DNA from: Acidaminococcales bacterium
Lineage (GTDB): Bacteria; Bacillota; Negativicutes; Acidaminococcales; JAISLQ01
NCBI GenBank assembly: GCA_031551525.1
Contig: JAVBNN010000004.1
Span: 29,446 to 93,445, forward strand
Direction: 5' to 3'
Length of the DNA stretch: 64,000 nt
Part shown: positions 1 to 10,200 of the stretch, in pieces
Numbering within the stretch: position 1 is the first letter of the stretch
Layout: each line of letters opens with the position of its first letter
Notes under the pieces: model-generated
What the model saw: the letters and a program-made list of their open reading frames with translations, nothing else
Database searches by the model: none
What the model was told of the DNA's origin: nothing
Translations under genes and position numbers: made by a program

Positions 1-900
1 GACCAGCAAGGCAAAATTCGTATTTTTGCTGCGCCGTTTGGGATTGTGGTAGCTGTGTCCGTTGACGGTTATTATGCCGTCGGTATTTTCTGTTACGACA
101 TACCCATAAGGATTCATGCAGAAAGTGCGCACAAAATCCCCGTACTGCTTGGTAAGATAGACAAGCTTTGCCTCGTATACCTCGTCCGTTATATGGCTGA
201 ATACTTCCGCCGGCACTTCCACCCGCACACCTACGTCTACCTGGTTGTTCGAAAGCGGTATGCCCAGTTTTTCACACTGTTGGCTGAACCACTCCGCACC
301 GACTCGCCCGGGCGCAGCAATAAGCCAGTTGCATTCTATGTTTTCCCCGCCATTTTCTGTTTCCAGTAAAAAATTTTTCCCACAAACAATATTGGCCACT
401 TTGGTATTGCACTTGATTTCAACCTTTTCTCTCAGTGTGTCATACAGCTTTTTTAAAATGTTAATATTGTTTTCTGTACCCAGATGCCTCACGCGCGCTT
501 CAAGAAGATGCAGGTCATACTCCAGGGCCTTTTTGCCAATAGAACATTGATCCGTGCTGAACACCTCGCTGGGAGCGCCAAATTGGCAATTTACATTATC
601 GACATATTCTATGAGCCCCATCACTTCGCCGGGCGACAGATAGTCGGTCAACCAACCGCCAAAACTGGTAGTAAGATTGTATTTACCGTCGGAAAAAGCT
701 CCTGCGCCGCCAAAACCACGCATGACGTCGCGCGGCTTTTTAGGTTGTCCGGCTGCGGTCGGTTGGCTGCGCGCATATATATCTTCACCCGCTTCCAGCA
801 TGACGACCTTTGCGCCAGGCTGCAGCCTGATAACCTCATATGCTGCAAATATCGCTGCCGGACCGGCGCCGATGATGCCTAGATCGTATCTTGTCGTCAT
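1..900 (-). CDS. FAD/NAD(P)-dependent oxidoreductase (COG2509-like); 5' end complete, 3' end beyond the window
   Basis: Absent from the ORF track because the frame stays open to position 1. Hand translation of the reverse strand from the ATG at 900-898 gives 300 codons with no stop: MTTRYDLGIIGAGPAAIFAAYEVIRLQPGAKVVMLEAGEDIYARS...GHSYHNPKRRSKNTNFALLV. It has an N-terminal GxGxxG dinucleotide-binding motif. The + strand ORFs listed here (46..369, 245..550, 484..882, 677..928) look like antisense shadows. Confidence 0.7.
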   Translation of the reverse strand, partial: MTTRYDLGIIGAGPAAIFAAYEVIRLQPGAKVVMLEAGEDIYARSQPTAAGQPKKPRDVMRGFGGAGAFSDGKYNLTTSFGGWLTDYLSPGEVMGLIEYVDNVNCQFGAPSEVFSTDQCSIGKKALEYDLHLLEARVRHLGTENNINILKKLYDTLREKVEIKCNTKVANIVCGKNFLLETENGGENIECNWLIAAPGRVGAEWFSQQCEKLGIPLSNNQVDVGVRVEVPAEVFSHITDEVYEAKLVYLTKQYGDFVRTFCMNPYGYVVTENTDGIITVNGHSYHNPKRRSKNTNFALLV

Positions 901-970
901 CTTCAACCACCTACCTTTCTATTGGTAAATATTAGTTAAAATATCCAATAATCCTCTTTCAGGAGTCGCA

Positions 971-1010
971 AGTAAAAAATAAACCCCGGAAAACATAGTT
1001 TTCCGGGGTT
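971..1010 (-). terminator. rho-independent terminator after the 1015..1932 gene
   Basis: Inverted repeat ccccggaaaac (984-994) / gttttccgggg (998-1008) with a 3-nt loop. On the - strand it is followed by a T-rich run (complement of 971-983). Confidence 0.7.
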
Positions 1011-1014
1011 TTGC

Positions 1015-1932
1015 TCATTTTGCCGGAGCAGGCGCCGCCGCAGGAACTACGGCCGGTTTAGCCGCCGGAGCCGCAGTAGAATTATTTATTTCTTTTACCA
1101 CATCGGCAGTTATATCAGTCCCCTGGACATTTACCGTGTAGACCGACAGTACCGTCGTGAGTTTTTTGTCTTTGGCGATTTTTTCGACAGCTGCCGTTAT
1201 CTTGTCTTCCAGTTTTTTCAAAAGATCGTCCAGTTCTTTTTGCTTTACATTAAGATTCTTCTGATCGTCACCCAAAAGATTTTCCACATACTGGCGGCCT
1301 TTTTCCTGTTCGGCTTTCATCAAATCTTCACGCAGCCGTTCACCGAAGGTATCCAGTTCCTGTCCCGCAGCCTGCCCATCTTCAGACATTTTGGCGTCTA
1401 TTTCTTTTTGTATCTCCGCCTTTTTAACGGCGAGTTTGCCTTTGGCCTCATTTTCAAGGGCGGTTATTTCTTTATTGATCGCGATAACACGTTCAGAAGC
1501 CGTTGCCGGCTGTCTGGCTTCATCTTCAAGGACTTTGGCCTTCGCCATAAAATCTGCTTCCACGCTATCGACATATTTGCCCATTTCTTCATTCTTGCTA
1601 TCAATAAAACCTTTATTTTTACTCATTATCTGATCGTTCAGCTGGTTTTGCCGTTCTCTCATTTGAGCCGACCATGCGCCCTGCATACGGTCATTGGCCT
1701 CTTGTTCCATAGTTTGCAGCTGCTCTGCCACTGCCATTCTCTTGTCGGACAGACTGGCATTCAGTTTGGCTATATCATCTTTCAAAGCTGTCAGGCTGGC
1801 GTATTCCTTGCTTTCTTTCAGCGCCTTTTCCTTGTCAAACACGCCGATCGGCGGTTTGCTGGAAAAACAGCCGCCCAGGGACAGCATAAATAACACAAGC
1901 AAAAGTATAGAAAAACCCTTGTTTTTGGACAA
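1015..1932 (-). CDS. coiled-coil lipoprotein with Ala/Pro-rich C-terminal tail, function unknown
   Basis: TTG start preceded by GAAGGGGA. The signal peptide has a lipobox (MSKNKGFSILLLVLFMLSLGG|C). The body is K/E/Q/A-rich with heptad-like character. The tail is AAPAAKPAVVPAAAPAPAK. I recognise no enzymatic motif. Confidence 0.6.
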   Translation of the reverse strand: MSKNKGFSILLLVLFMLSLGGCFSSKPPIGVFDKEKALKESKEYASLTALKDDIAKLNASLSDKRMAVAEQLQTMEQEANDRMQGAWSAQMRERQNQLNDQIMSKNKGFIDSKNEEMGKYVDSVEADFMAKAKVLEDEARQPATASERVIAINKEITALENEAKGKLAVKKAEIQKEIDAKMSEDGQAAGQELDTFGERLREDLMKAEQEKGRQYVENLLGDDQKNLNVKQKELDDLLKKLEDKITAAVEKIAKDKKLTTVLSVYTVNVQGTDITADVVKEINNSTAAPAAKPAVVPAAAPAPAK

Positions 1933-2159
1933 AATAAGTTCCCCTTCCCACTATGTCGGTATTCCGCTACAGCCAAATACAGACTTTACTTTATAGCAAA
2001 TATCATACATAGAATAATACCACAGGTTATACTCATTGCCAACATTTACGGATACCACAAAGGGGCCGATTGGATGGCATATCATCGGTCGGCGCCTGAA
2101 CAACGCCTGTTGTGACATAAATAAAAAAGACCCGATAAATCGAATCTTTACAACCTGTC

Positions 2160-2244
2160 TGGTGCGGTTGGTGGGATTTGAACCCACACGAGTCTCCCCG
2201 CCACCCCCTCAAGATGGTGCGTCTGCCAGTTCCGCCACAACCGC
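2160..2244 (-). tRNA. tRNA-Leu (anticodon GAG), type II with long variable arm, CCA encoded
   Basis: Reverse complement is GCGGTTGTGGCGGAACTGGCAGACGCACCATCTTGAGGGGGTGGCGGGGAGACTCGTGTGGGTTCAAATCCCACCAACCGCACCA. The acceptor stem pairs GCGGTTG/CAACCGC. The anticodon stem pairs CCATC/GGTGG around loop TTGAGGG. The T arm is GTGGGTTCAAATCCCAC. Confidence 0.9.
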
Positions 2245-2270
2245 ATATGTAAATGGTGTTATTGATTTGT

Positions 2271-2356
2271 TGGTGCGGTCGAGTGGATTTGAACCACCAC
2301 GAGGTTGCCCCCACTAGCTCCTGAGGCTAGCGCGTCTGCCGTTCCGCCACGACCGC
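2271..2356 (-). tRNA. tRNA-Leu (anticodon CAG), type II, CCA encoded
   Basis: Reverse complement is GCGGTCGTGGCGGAACGGCAGACGCGCTAGCCTCAGGAGCTAGTGGGGGCAACCTCGTGGTGGTTCAAATCCACTCGACCGCACCA. The anticodon stem pairs CTAGC/GCTAG around loop CTCAGGA. Confidence 0.9.
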
Positions 2357-2388
2357 ATTGCGCCGGTTACATCACCGGCAACGTGAAT

Positions 2389-2417
2389 ATAATAGCATAT
2401 AGCATAGTACTCGTCAA
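2389..2417 (-). promoter_or_regulatory. sigma-70/SigA-type promoter for the tRNA-Leu pair
   Basis: On the - strand: TTGACG (complement of 2412-2417), a 17-nt spacer, then TATTAT (complement of 2389-2394). It lies about 30 nt upstream of the first tRNA and immediately after the slt stop codon. Confidence 0.5.
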
Positions 2418-2422
2418 GTTTT

Positions 2423-2986
2423 TTATTGCCCTTTTTGCCATGTTCCAGGATAGAGCTTTTGATACTTTTCTTTGTCAGCTAGTACCCTGGCTACATATTT
2501 GCGTGTTTCTTCAAAGGGTATCATGCTGACGGTCACTCCGTCCCATTTGTTTTCTTGCAACCAGGCCTCGACCGTCCCTCGTCCGGCATTGTAGGCGGCT
2601 ACTGCTTTGACTTCGCTTTTGAACTGGTAAAGTAACTGGTTGAGATACCAACAGCCCAGCCTGATGTTTATATCCGGTTCTTTAAGATCTTTACACGCAA
2701 AGCCTGCTACACCCATTTCCCGAGCTATCCACTCTCCTGTATCAGGCATTATCTGCATTATCCCAATCGCGCCCCTCGTGGACACGGCCGTTGGCTTGAA
2801 ATGGCTTTCATTATGGATTATCGCCGCCACCAGCGCGGGATCAAGATTGTTCCGGCCTGAGTAACAAAGTATATCTTTTTCATAAAACAACGGGTAGAAA
2901 AACTTTTTCTGTATGATTTCACTGTTGAAAGCCAGCGCGCCCAAAACCAATGCTACAGCAAGGCAAAACAGACGGCGCGCGTTCAC
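2423..2986 (-). CDS. lytic transglycosylase (SLT domain), membrane-anchored
   Basis: GTG start overlapping the coaE stop (GTGA). N-terminal hydrophobic anchor. SLT signature AIIHNESHFKPTAVSTRGAIGIMQIMPDTGEW ... AYNAG. Confidence 0.85.
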   Translation of the reverse strand: MNARRLFCLAVALVLGALAFNSEIIQKKFFYPLFYEKDILCYSGRNNLDPALVAAIIHNESHFKPTAVSTRGAIGIMQIMPDTGEWIAREMGVAGFACKDLKEPDINIRLGCWYLNQLLYQFKSEVKAVAAYNAGRGTVEAWLQENKWDGVTVSMIPFEETRKYVARVLADKEKYQKLYPGTWQKGQ

Positions 2987-3591
2987 CGCACACCTGCCGC
3001 ACTTAACACCGCCTGCCAGTGTTTTGTCACCTGTTGGCGGGTTTCGTCCATGCTACCAGAGTTATCAATAACCGCATCGGCAAACGGCAGCTTGTCCACG
3101 AGCGGCATCTGGGCTGACATACGCGCATCCGCATCATCAAAAGAACTGTGATCGCGAGCCATCAGGCGCTGCCGCTGGGTCTGTTTATCCACATAGACCA
3201 GCCAGACCTCGTCGACTTTTTGATATATGTTTTTTTCTATCAACAGTGGGATATCCAGTATGGCCGCCGCCACACCAGCTTTGGCAGCTTCTTTCACAAA
3301 CGCGGCTCTTTTTTCTTCCACATGCCCGTGAGTGACGCTTTCCAGCCACTTAAGTTGCTCTTTGTCGCGAAACACTATTTCACCCAGTTTTTTTCTGTCT
3401 ATATCACCGTTTTCAGCCAATATTCCTTCACCGAAACGGTCCTTTATCTCTTGCCAGGCCGCGCCACCTTTTTGCAGCAAAAGATGCGCTTCCCGGTCGG
3501 CGTCAAAGACCGGTGCGCCAAACTCTGCCAGCATGGCGCTGACCGTGCTTTTACCCGATGCGATCCCACCGGTCAACCCTATCGCCTTCAA
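2983..3591 (-). CDS. coaE: dephospho-CoA kinase
   Basis: TTG start 5 nt after GGAGGG. P-loop MKAIGLTGGIASGKST. Length (202 aa) and DADREAH motif are typical of CoaE. Confidence 0.9.
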   Translation of the reverse strand: MKAIGLTGGIASGKSTVSAMLAEFGAPVFDADREAHLLLQKGGAAWQEIKDRFGEGILAENGDIDRKKLGEIVFRDKEQLKWLESVTHGHVEEKRAAFVKEAAKAGVAAAILDIPLLIEKNIYQKVDEVWLVYVDKQTQRQRLMARDHSSFDDADARMSAQMPLVDKLPFADAVIDNSGSMDETRQQVTKHWQAVLSAAGVR

Positions 3592-3619
3592 ATTATCCCT
3601 CCACAGAGAAAGTGTTTTT

Positions 3620-4438
3620 TTACGCCTGGCAGGCCGGGCAATATGCCGTGCCCCGTCCTGCTACGCGGCTATTTTCTATAACGGCGCCGCATTTTTTGCA
3701 GGGCTGTTTTCCCCGCCCGTATACCAGGAGGTACTCCTGGTTGGAGCCTTTTTTCCCTTCCCCGTCTTTATAGTCGCGAAAGGTCGTGCCACGGTTCTCT
3801 ATCCCCTGGGCGATCACCGCCAGTACTGCCGAGTAGAGTTTTTTCATTTCTGCTGCGGACAGGCTGTTAGCCTTTCTATCCGGCCTTATCCCGGCCAGGA
3901 AAAGCGCCTCGTCTGCGTATATGTTGCCAATGCCGGCAATCGCCGACTGGTCGAGCAGCACACCTTTGACCGGCCCTTTTCTTTTTTGCAGTACCGTTGA
4001 AAAGTATCCAATATCAAGCTGTCCGGTCAATGGTTCCGGCCCCAGCGACGACAGGCCCTTGATGAGTGTGTCACCTTTATTGATAAGATACAGTGTGCCG
4101 AGTGTCCTGACATCCGTATACCATAAATGGCTGCCGTCCGACAGCACAAAGTCTATACGCCCATAATCGGGCGTTTCCGTTCCGGATACGGCAATAAGCG
4201 CGCCGGTCATCCTCAGATGCACTACCAGGAGCTTGTCTCCGTCAAGATCAAACAAAAGGTATTTTCCACGCCGCAGGAGATTGTTTATCACCCGTCCTTT
4301 AAGGCCGGAGGTGAACTCTTCCACTCCCGGGTGCTTTATCATCCTGTCCACGTATATCTTGATGTCGGCTATGCGCCGCCCCAGCAAGTGCGGCGACAGC
4401 GTACGCCTGACGCTTTCCACTTCCGGCAATTCCGGCAT
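3620..4438 (-). CDS. mutM: formamidopyrimidine-DNA glycosylase
   Basis: Start re-set to MPELPEVE, because Fpg needs the N-terminal Pro. A GGGAGGA site lies 6 nt upstream. The track start at 4492 would overlap polA. C-terminal zinc finger CKKCGAVIENSRVAGRGTAYCPACQ. Confidence 0.9.
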   Translation of the reverse strand: MPELPEVESVRRTLSPHLLGRRIADIKIYVDRMIKHPGVEEFTSGLKGRVINNLLRRGKYLLFDLDGDKLLVVHLRMTGALIAVSGTETPDYGRIDFVLSDGSHLWYTDVRTLGTLYLINKGDTLIKGLSSLGPEPLTGQLDIGYFSTVLQKRKGPVKGVLLDQSAIAGIGNIYADEALFLAGIRPDRKANSLSAAEMKKLYSAVLAVIAQGIENRGTTFRDYKDGEGKKGSNQEYLLVYGRGKQPCKKCGAVIENSRVAGRGTAYCPACQA

Positions 4439-4451
4439 TCTGTATCCTCCC

Positions 4452-7037
4452 TCAGTTTTTCGTCTGGGCCCAATTGGCGCCCTTTGATACATCCACCACC
4501 AGTGGCACGTTCAACTTAGCAGCGTTTTGCATACTATCCTGCACCAGCTTGATAAGTGTTTCCACTTCTTCATCTACCGCCTCAAAGACCAATTCATCGT
4601 GTACCTGCAAGAGCAGACGGCTTTTAAAAGCACCTTTTTGTAAGAGTGCCGCCACATCTACCATGGCTTTTTTTATCAGGTCGGCCGCAGTGCCCTGGAT
4701 GGGTGTATTTATCGCCGTGCGTTCGGCGAAGGAGCGCCGGTTGAAGTTGCTGTTGTTTATATCTGGCAGATAGCGCCGCCTCCCCCACATAGTCGTAGCA
4801 TAACCCGTTTGCCTTGCTTCAGCGATCGCGTTATCCATAAAGGCTTTTACTCCTGTGTAGCGGGCAAAATAGCTACTTATGTACGTGGCGGCTTCGGTGC
4901 GTGAAATACACTGGTCGCGCGCTAGTCCGTAGTCGCTGATGCCGTAGACTTTGCCAAAATTGACCGCTTTGGCCCGCGTCCTCAGCATGGGCGTCACTTC
5001 ATCGAGCGGCACACCGAAAACTTCAGATGCCGTACGGGTATGGATATCCTGCCCCTCTATAAACGCCTCGGTAAAGAGCGGATCGCCCGACATATGGGCA
5101 AGCACCCTGAGTTCTACCTGCGAGTAGTCAAACGCTAATAGACAATCATAACCCTCACCGGGCACGAAAAACTCCCTGATGCGTTTACCAAGTTCAGTTC
5201 TGACCGGTATATTCTGCAAATTTGGCTCGGTGCTCGAAAGCCGCCCTGTTGTGGTGACTAATTGTTGAAAGTGCGAATATATACGCCCGGCTTCCCGGTC
5301 AATGAGGGGGCGCATGCCTTCAAGGTAAGTAGACTGGAGTTTGGCCAGCATACGGTATTCGAGTATAGCATCCACTACCGGGTGGAGACCGCTCAGGTTT
5401 TCCAGCACTTCGGCGTCGGTCGAGTAGCCGGTCTTGGTCTTTTTCATGAAGGGCAGACCCAAACGCTCAAAGAGTATTACGCCTAGTTGCTTGGGCGAGT
5501 TGATATTGAACTCTTCGCCTGCCATTTCGACTATCTTGGCGGTCAGACCGTTTATCTTGACTTTAAGTTCTTTCGACATGGACACGAGCTGTTTTTCGTC
5601 CACCGCTATCCCGGCCATTTCCATATCAGCCAGCACTCCGGCTAGCGGCATCTCTATAGTACGGTAGAGTTCTTCCAACTGCATTTCCCGAAGTTTTGCC
5701 TGCAAAACAGCAAAAAGCTTTGACAATATTGCGCTATCCGGCAAACCGCGCACCGAAAGGTCAAACCGCTCCGCCAAATCTTTGGGAGTGTATTTACTGG
5801 TCGATGGATCAATAAGGTAGGCCGCTATGGCGCAATCATCGTCCAGCCCCAGCGCTTGCACGCCTTCTACACGGGCAGCCTCGATAAACGGCTTGATATC
5901 GCAGCCTATTTTAATGGCCTTTCCGTCTGCCAGCCACTCTTTGACTACCGGCCAGGCGGCAGGTTCCGGGTGGAATAGCGCTGTTTTGCCGTTTTTGGTC
6001 ACTTCGAGTGCGCCCAGCCGCACCTGCGGCAGTTTGTCTTTCACCACAGCCGTTGTAAAAGCTTCGCCCGGAGCAAACAGCCAGGAGCGCGCTTCATCGG
6101 CGGTTGTTAGCTCCGTGCGTTCTATGGCAACCGGCGGTTCTTCCTCTACCAGAGCGTCCGCCGTCCCGCCCAAAGCGCGCAATATATCGAGTTTGGACTG
6201 CATGTTCCTAAATCCCAGCCCGGCGATCAGCGCCTCCAGTTTAGGCATATCCGGTTTTACCGTGAAATCTTCTTCTTTGAAATCCACCGGCACAGTGGTG
6301 CAAATGGTCGCCAGTTTCTTGGACAAAACGGCCATATCCCGGTTTTGCAGCAGTTTTTCACCCAGTTTGCCTTTTATCGCGGACAAGTTTTCCAAAAGGT
6401 TTTCCACACTGCCGTATTCATAAAGCAGCTTGAGAGCGGTCTTTTCACCCACCCCCGGCACGCCCGGTATATTGTCGGAAGCGTCGCCCATCAGGCCTTT
6501 AAGGTCGACGATCTGCGGCGGAGCTAGTTTATATTCCTTAGCCAGTTCCGCTGTGTCCATCAGCTGCATCTCGGAGATGCCCTTTTTGGTCAAAAGCACA
6601 TGCGTATGCTCATCAATGAGCTGCAAAACATCCTTGTCACCGGTGACGATGACGCTCTTCACACCCTCGGCGCCCGCTTTAACGCACAGAGTACCGATGA
6701 TGTCATCCGCCTCGTAGTCGTCGAGTTCGATAGTATTTATGCCCATCGCCTCGAGCAGCTCTATCATCAGGGGGAACTGCTCTTTGAGCTCGTCCGGCGC
6801 GGGTTTTCTCTGAGCCTTGTAGTCTTCGTAGAGGGCGCTGCGGAAGGTCTTTCGCGACTTGTCGAAAGCGACCGCCACCCAGCTCGGGGATTTTTCGCCG
6901 AGCAGTCTTAACAGCATACTAGTAAAACCATACACCGCACCGGTATTTACTCCCTTGCTGCTCAAAAGCGGCGGCAAAGCGTAAAAAGCGCGGTATAAAA
7001 GGCTGCTGCCATCTATCACCAGGAATTTACCATTCAT
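4452..7037 (-). CDS. polA: DNA polymerase I
   Basis: 861 aa. It has an N-terminal 5'-3' exonuclease domain (GVPGVGEKTA). The C-terminal family A polymerase motifs include DYSQVELRVLAH, RTRAKAVNFGKVYG and QVHDELVFE. Confidence 0.95.
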   Translation of the reverse strand: MNGKFLVIDGSSLLYRAFYALPPLLSSKGVNTGAVYGFTSMLLRLLGEKSPSWVAVAFDKSRKTFRSALYEDYKAQRKPAPDELKEQFPLMIELLEAMGINTIELDDYEADDIIGTLCVKAGAEGVKSVIVTGDKDVLQLIDEHTHVLLTKKGISEMQLMDTAELAKEYKLAPPQIVDLKGLMGDASDNIPGVPGVGEKTALKLLYEYGSVENLLENLSAIKGKLGEKLLQNRDMAVLSKKLATICTTVPVDFKEEDFTVKPDMPKLEALIAGLGFRNMQSKLDILRALGGTADALVEEEPPVAIERTELTTADEARSWLFAPGEAFTTAVVKDKLPQVRLGALEVTKNGKTALFHPEPAAWPVVKEWLADGKAIKIGCDIKPFIEAARVEGVQALGLDDDCAIAAYLIDPSTSKYTPKDLAERFDLSVRGLPDSAILSKLFAVLQAKLREMQLEELYRTIEMPLAGVLADMEMAGIAVDEKQLVSMSKELKVKINGLTAKIVEMAGEEFNINSPKQLGVILFERLGLPFMKKTKTGYSTDAEVLENLSGLHPVVDAILEYRMLAKLQSTYLEGMRPLIDREAGRIYSHFQQLVTTTGRLSSTEPNLQNIPVRTELGKRIREFFVPGEGYDCLLAFDYSQVELRVLAHMSGDPLFTEAFIEGQDIHTRTASEVFGVPLDEVTPMLRTRAKAVNFGKVYGISDYGLARDQCISRTEAATYISSYFARYTGVKAFMDNAIAEARQTGYATTMWGRRRYLPDINNSNFNRRSFAERTAINTPIQGTAADLIKKAMVDVAALLQKGAFKSRLLLQVHDELVFEAVDEEVETLIKLVQDSMQNAAKLNVPLVVDVSKGANWAQTKN

Positions 7038-7078
7038 CTATGCACCGTCCAGTTTACTCTTTTTTGCCTTAATATCTT

Positions 7079-7087
7079 ATTATAACA
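7079..7087 (-). promoter_or_regulatory. candidate extended -10 element (TGTTATAAT) for the polA operon
   Basis: The - strand reads TGT+TATAAT (complement of 7079-7087), about 40 nt upstream of the polA ATG. I found no convincing -35. Confidence 0.35.
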
Positions 7088-7099
7088 CAGTATGGGAAT

Positions 7100-7128
7100 A
7101 TTAAAAGGACGCTCGCGCGTCCTTTTTA
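7100..7128 (-). terminator. terminator after the autotransporter gene
   Basis: Stem aggacgc (7106-7112) / gcgtcct (7117-7123) with loop tcgc. A-runs and T-runs flank both sides. On the - strand it is preceded by a second long imperfect hairpin, agacagaacaggcgc ... gtgcctattctgtct (about 7134-7184). Confidence 0.6.
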
Positions 7129-7229
7129 GCCGTAGACAGAACAGGCGCTTTACGCAATACGCAGAGTGCCTATTCTGTCTTTAAATAAAAACCACAATTT
7201 TATCTGTTCGCCACTTTTATCGGTTTTGT

Positions 7230-10200
7230 CTAAAATCTGTAGATAAAATTCATATTAAAATCCTGACTAGTTCCTTTTTGTCCAAACAACGCGCTGTAAG
7301 CGACCCCCAATTCACAGTTTTTACCTATTGCCCAGCCCGTTTGCAGGGTAAGTCCCAGGCTGTTTTTGTCCAAGGGTGCGGCGTAACTGTTAAAAGGGTT
7401 GAGCGGATCAGCGGTAAAGAAGGCTGTGGTACTAGCAGTGCGGTCGCCATATTGTCCAAGATAGAACAGGCCGGCAGACCAATAACTTGTTTCTCCAACC
7501 TCTTTTCTGTAGTCCGCGCCCAGGCGTAGACGCGATATTTTTTGCGACTGCCCGGCAAAGCTGAGAGCCGTAATCCCTCCGCTTTCACTGAATTCCTCTG
7601 TGTTCATTTTTATATATTCATAACTGATATAAGGTTTTACGCTGGCGCCTTTTGTCAGGCTGATTTTTCTGCTTACACCGAAACCTAGGTTCAAACTATT
7701 CGCGTTGTAAGCGCCCTCGTTTCTATCTGCCAAGACATAACGGCTCTGATTCAGGCTGGCCCAGCCATAACTGGCAAAGGCTCCCGCCTGCCAGGCCCCC
7801 GGCAGCTTTACCCCGCCATATACGCCCAGCCGCACGTCTGTGCCATCGACCTTGACTCCGCCGCCGTTATAATTCGGCCAAGCCGCAGTTACAACTCCGC
7901 CTATAAAAATTTTTTCTCCCGCCTTAATATCATAACCAAATGCAAAACCCGGCGTTTTCACACTGTAGCCTAGCATTTCACCGTTTTGCCCCATACGGTT
8001 GAAGCTGTAAAAGGGCAACGCCCACAAACGCTCTGAGCCGTCCGCGTTTCCTCCTCCGCTAAACTGCTGTACTCCGGCGAGCGAAGCATTGCCTTCAAGT
8101 TGTTCAAATACGCTTCCCATATGGCTAAATAACGTACTGCCAGTTGGGTTGTGTAGCATAATAGCTGCAGGCGCTCCAGTAGCATAAGCGCCACCGGTCA
8201 GCGGATTAAAGGTTTTTCCGGGAACTGGCGGTGGATCGGTTGGATCGGTCGGATCGGTTGGATCGGTTGGATCGGTCGGATCGGTTGGATCGGTTGGATC
8301 GGTCGGATCGGTCGGATCGGTCGGATCGGTCGGATCGGTCGGATCGGTCGGATCGGTCGGATCGGTCGGATCGGTCGGATCGGTCGGATCGGTCGGGTCG
8401 GTCGGATCGGTCGGATCGGTCGGATCGGTCGGATCGGTCGGATCGGTCGGATCGGTCGGATCGGTTGTTCCGTCTTTTATTTTCAGGCTAAGTATTTTCT
8501 TGTCGGCGCTCCAAGAAAGGTTTTCATACTGATAGTCAAAAGCGCCCATGGTAACAGTACCGGTTGGGCTAAGCACCGCGCTCTGGTTATCCACCGCCGC
8601 CGAATCAAGATAAAGTATATCCAGACTATCGCCCGCATTAAGACTGCCGAAGTAAAAGGGGGCAACGCCTACCTTGCTACCATCAGCCAGGGTAATACTA
8701 TTTGCTATTATGCTACTTCCCCGCCCTGGTACCATATTCAGTGTCGCGCCAGATTGCAGTGTGAAAGTCCCGGCATGCAAGTCGGAATGGTTGAGCGTGA
8801 AACTGCCGCCTCCGATATTAACGTTGCCACTAAAAGCCATCGGGGAGGTAAAAAGCACCAGGCCGCCGGTCTGAGTGTAATTCACTCCCCAAACCGGCCC
8901 TCTTGTAAAAGTATAGTCACCGGCTACAGACATGCTGCCTGCCGTAACGCCTACGGCCTCCACATCCACAATAGATGGCGTATCTGCGCCAAATACAACG
9001 TCATCCAAAGTTTTGAAAACTAAAAGCGGCGAACCGGACAGCGACCAGTTCGACGAGGTCTGGTTCCACAATTCGTCGCCTGACTGGTTTGTCCATGTGG
9101 CCGTCCGGACGCTATCCGTAGCTGTCACTATCAATTTTAGTTTGCCCGCTTCAGCCGTATCCAGCGTACCCACGCCATAGCGACTATTGGGTCCGGCCTG
9201 GGTTTTGCCGGTGTACATGTTGGTAAAATCGTAACTGTTGGAAGCAGACAGCAGAGTATATGCTCCGTCTGCCGGCGGCGTATCCAAAGCCGGAAGCGAT
9301 ATCTGTCCGTTGACACCGACGGTACCGTTTAGCGCCAGCAATACATCGCCCGGACGGGCAGCGCTTATATCAAAACCAAACCTGCCAAGATTGTTAAGAG
9401 TGATAGTTCCGGCATTTATTTTATTGTCTTTGCCTTTTATATCCATTTCCGCCCCGCCATTGAGCGTGAACGAACCAATATTGCCGTCGGCGCCGTACAC
9501 TGCGCCGTTATGCAGCGCGAAAGTTCCATTATGTACCGTAGAATTACCGTATACTTCCGACTGTTTACCCGAAAGCTCCCGGCCATCCAAGAGCACCGTT
9601 CCGCTATAAGTTGCTCCGGGGTTGACCGGATCGGCATTCGGACTGTTTATGTGTATGGTGAGGTTGGGGTTGCCACTGTTGCTTTTTATCGGGTCATAAA
9701 ACATTACCCCTTTACCGGCGGCAGCTGCCAAATGAAGGGAACTATTGTTGAGTTCGTTATCTATATATAGCGCGTTGGGCCGGCCGGCCGCCGTATTTCC
9801 CCGAAAGACAATATCTCCATCTTTAGCGATTATCGTCATTCCCATGATAGAGGCGATGCCGCCGCCGCTCTCAACCGCCGTATTATTGGTAAATGAATGT
9901 ATTCCGCCTGTTATAGATACCTTACCGGCACGAATTGCGCCGCCGAAACGCCCAGCCGTATTATTAGTAAAATAGTGTGTCCCGCCAGTTATGGATAACT
10001 CATTAGCAAAAATCGCGCCGCCGATCTGCGAAGTGTTGCCCTCAAAAGTGTTGGTGCCGCCGCTGATCAGAATATTTGCGGGAGTTATCAGGGCCCCGCC
10101 CCAAAGCAGAGTCGCATTATCGCGAAAGAAATTTGTGCCGCCGGCAATAGTCATACCGGCATTGGCATAAACTGCCCCGCCGGAACCGGCCACACCTCCG

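Noticed and set aside
2100-2420. tRNA genes as a possible integration hotspot or genomic-island boundary.
   Set aside because: - There is no integrase, no direct repeat of a tRNA 3' end and no compositional break nearby.
- The flanking genes (slt-coaE-mutM-polA and a lipoprotein) look like core genes.
8231-8491. The + strand ORF MDRLDRSDRLDR... (86 aa), and the possibility that the 9-bp repeat block is a CRISPR-like array.
   Set aside because: - The ORF is the antisense reading of the (TDP)26 repeat inside a well-supported 1203-aa gene.
- The 9-bp units are contiguous with no spacers, so this is a coding microsatellite and not a CRISPR array.
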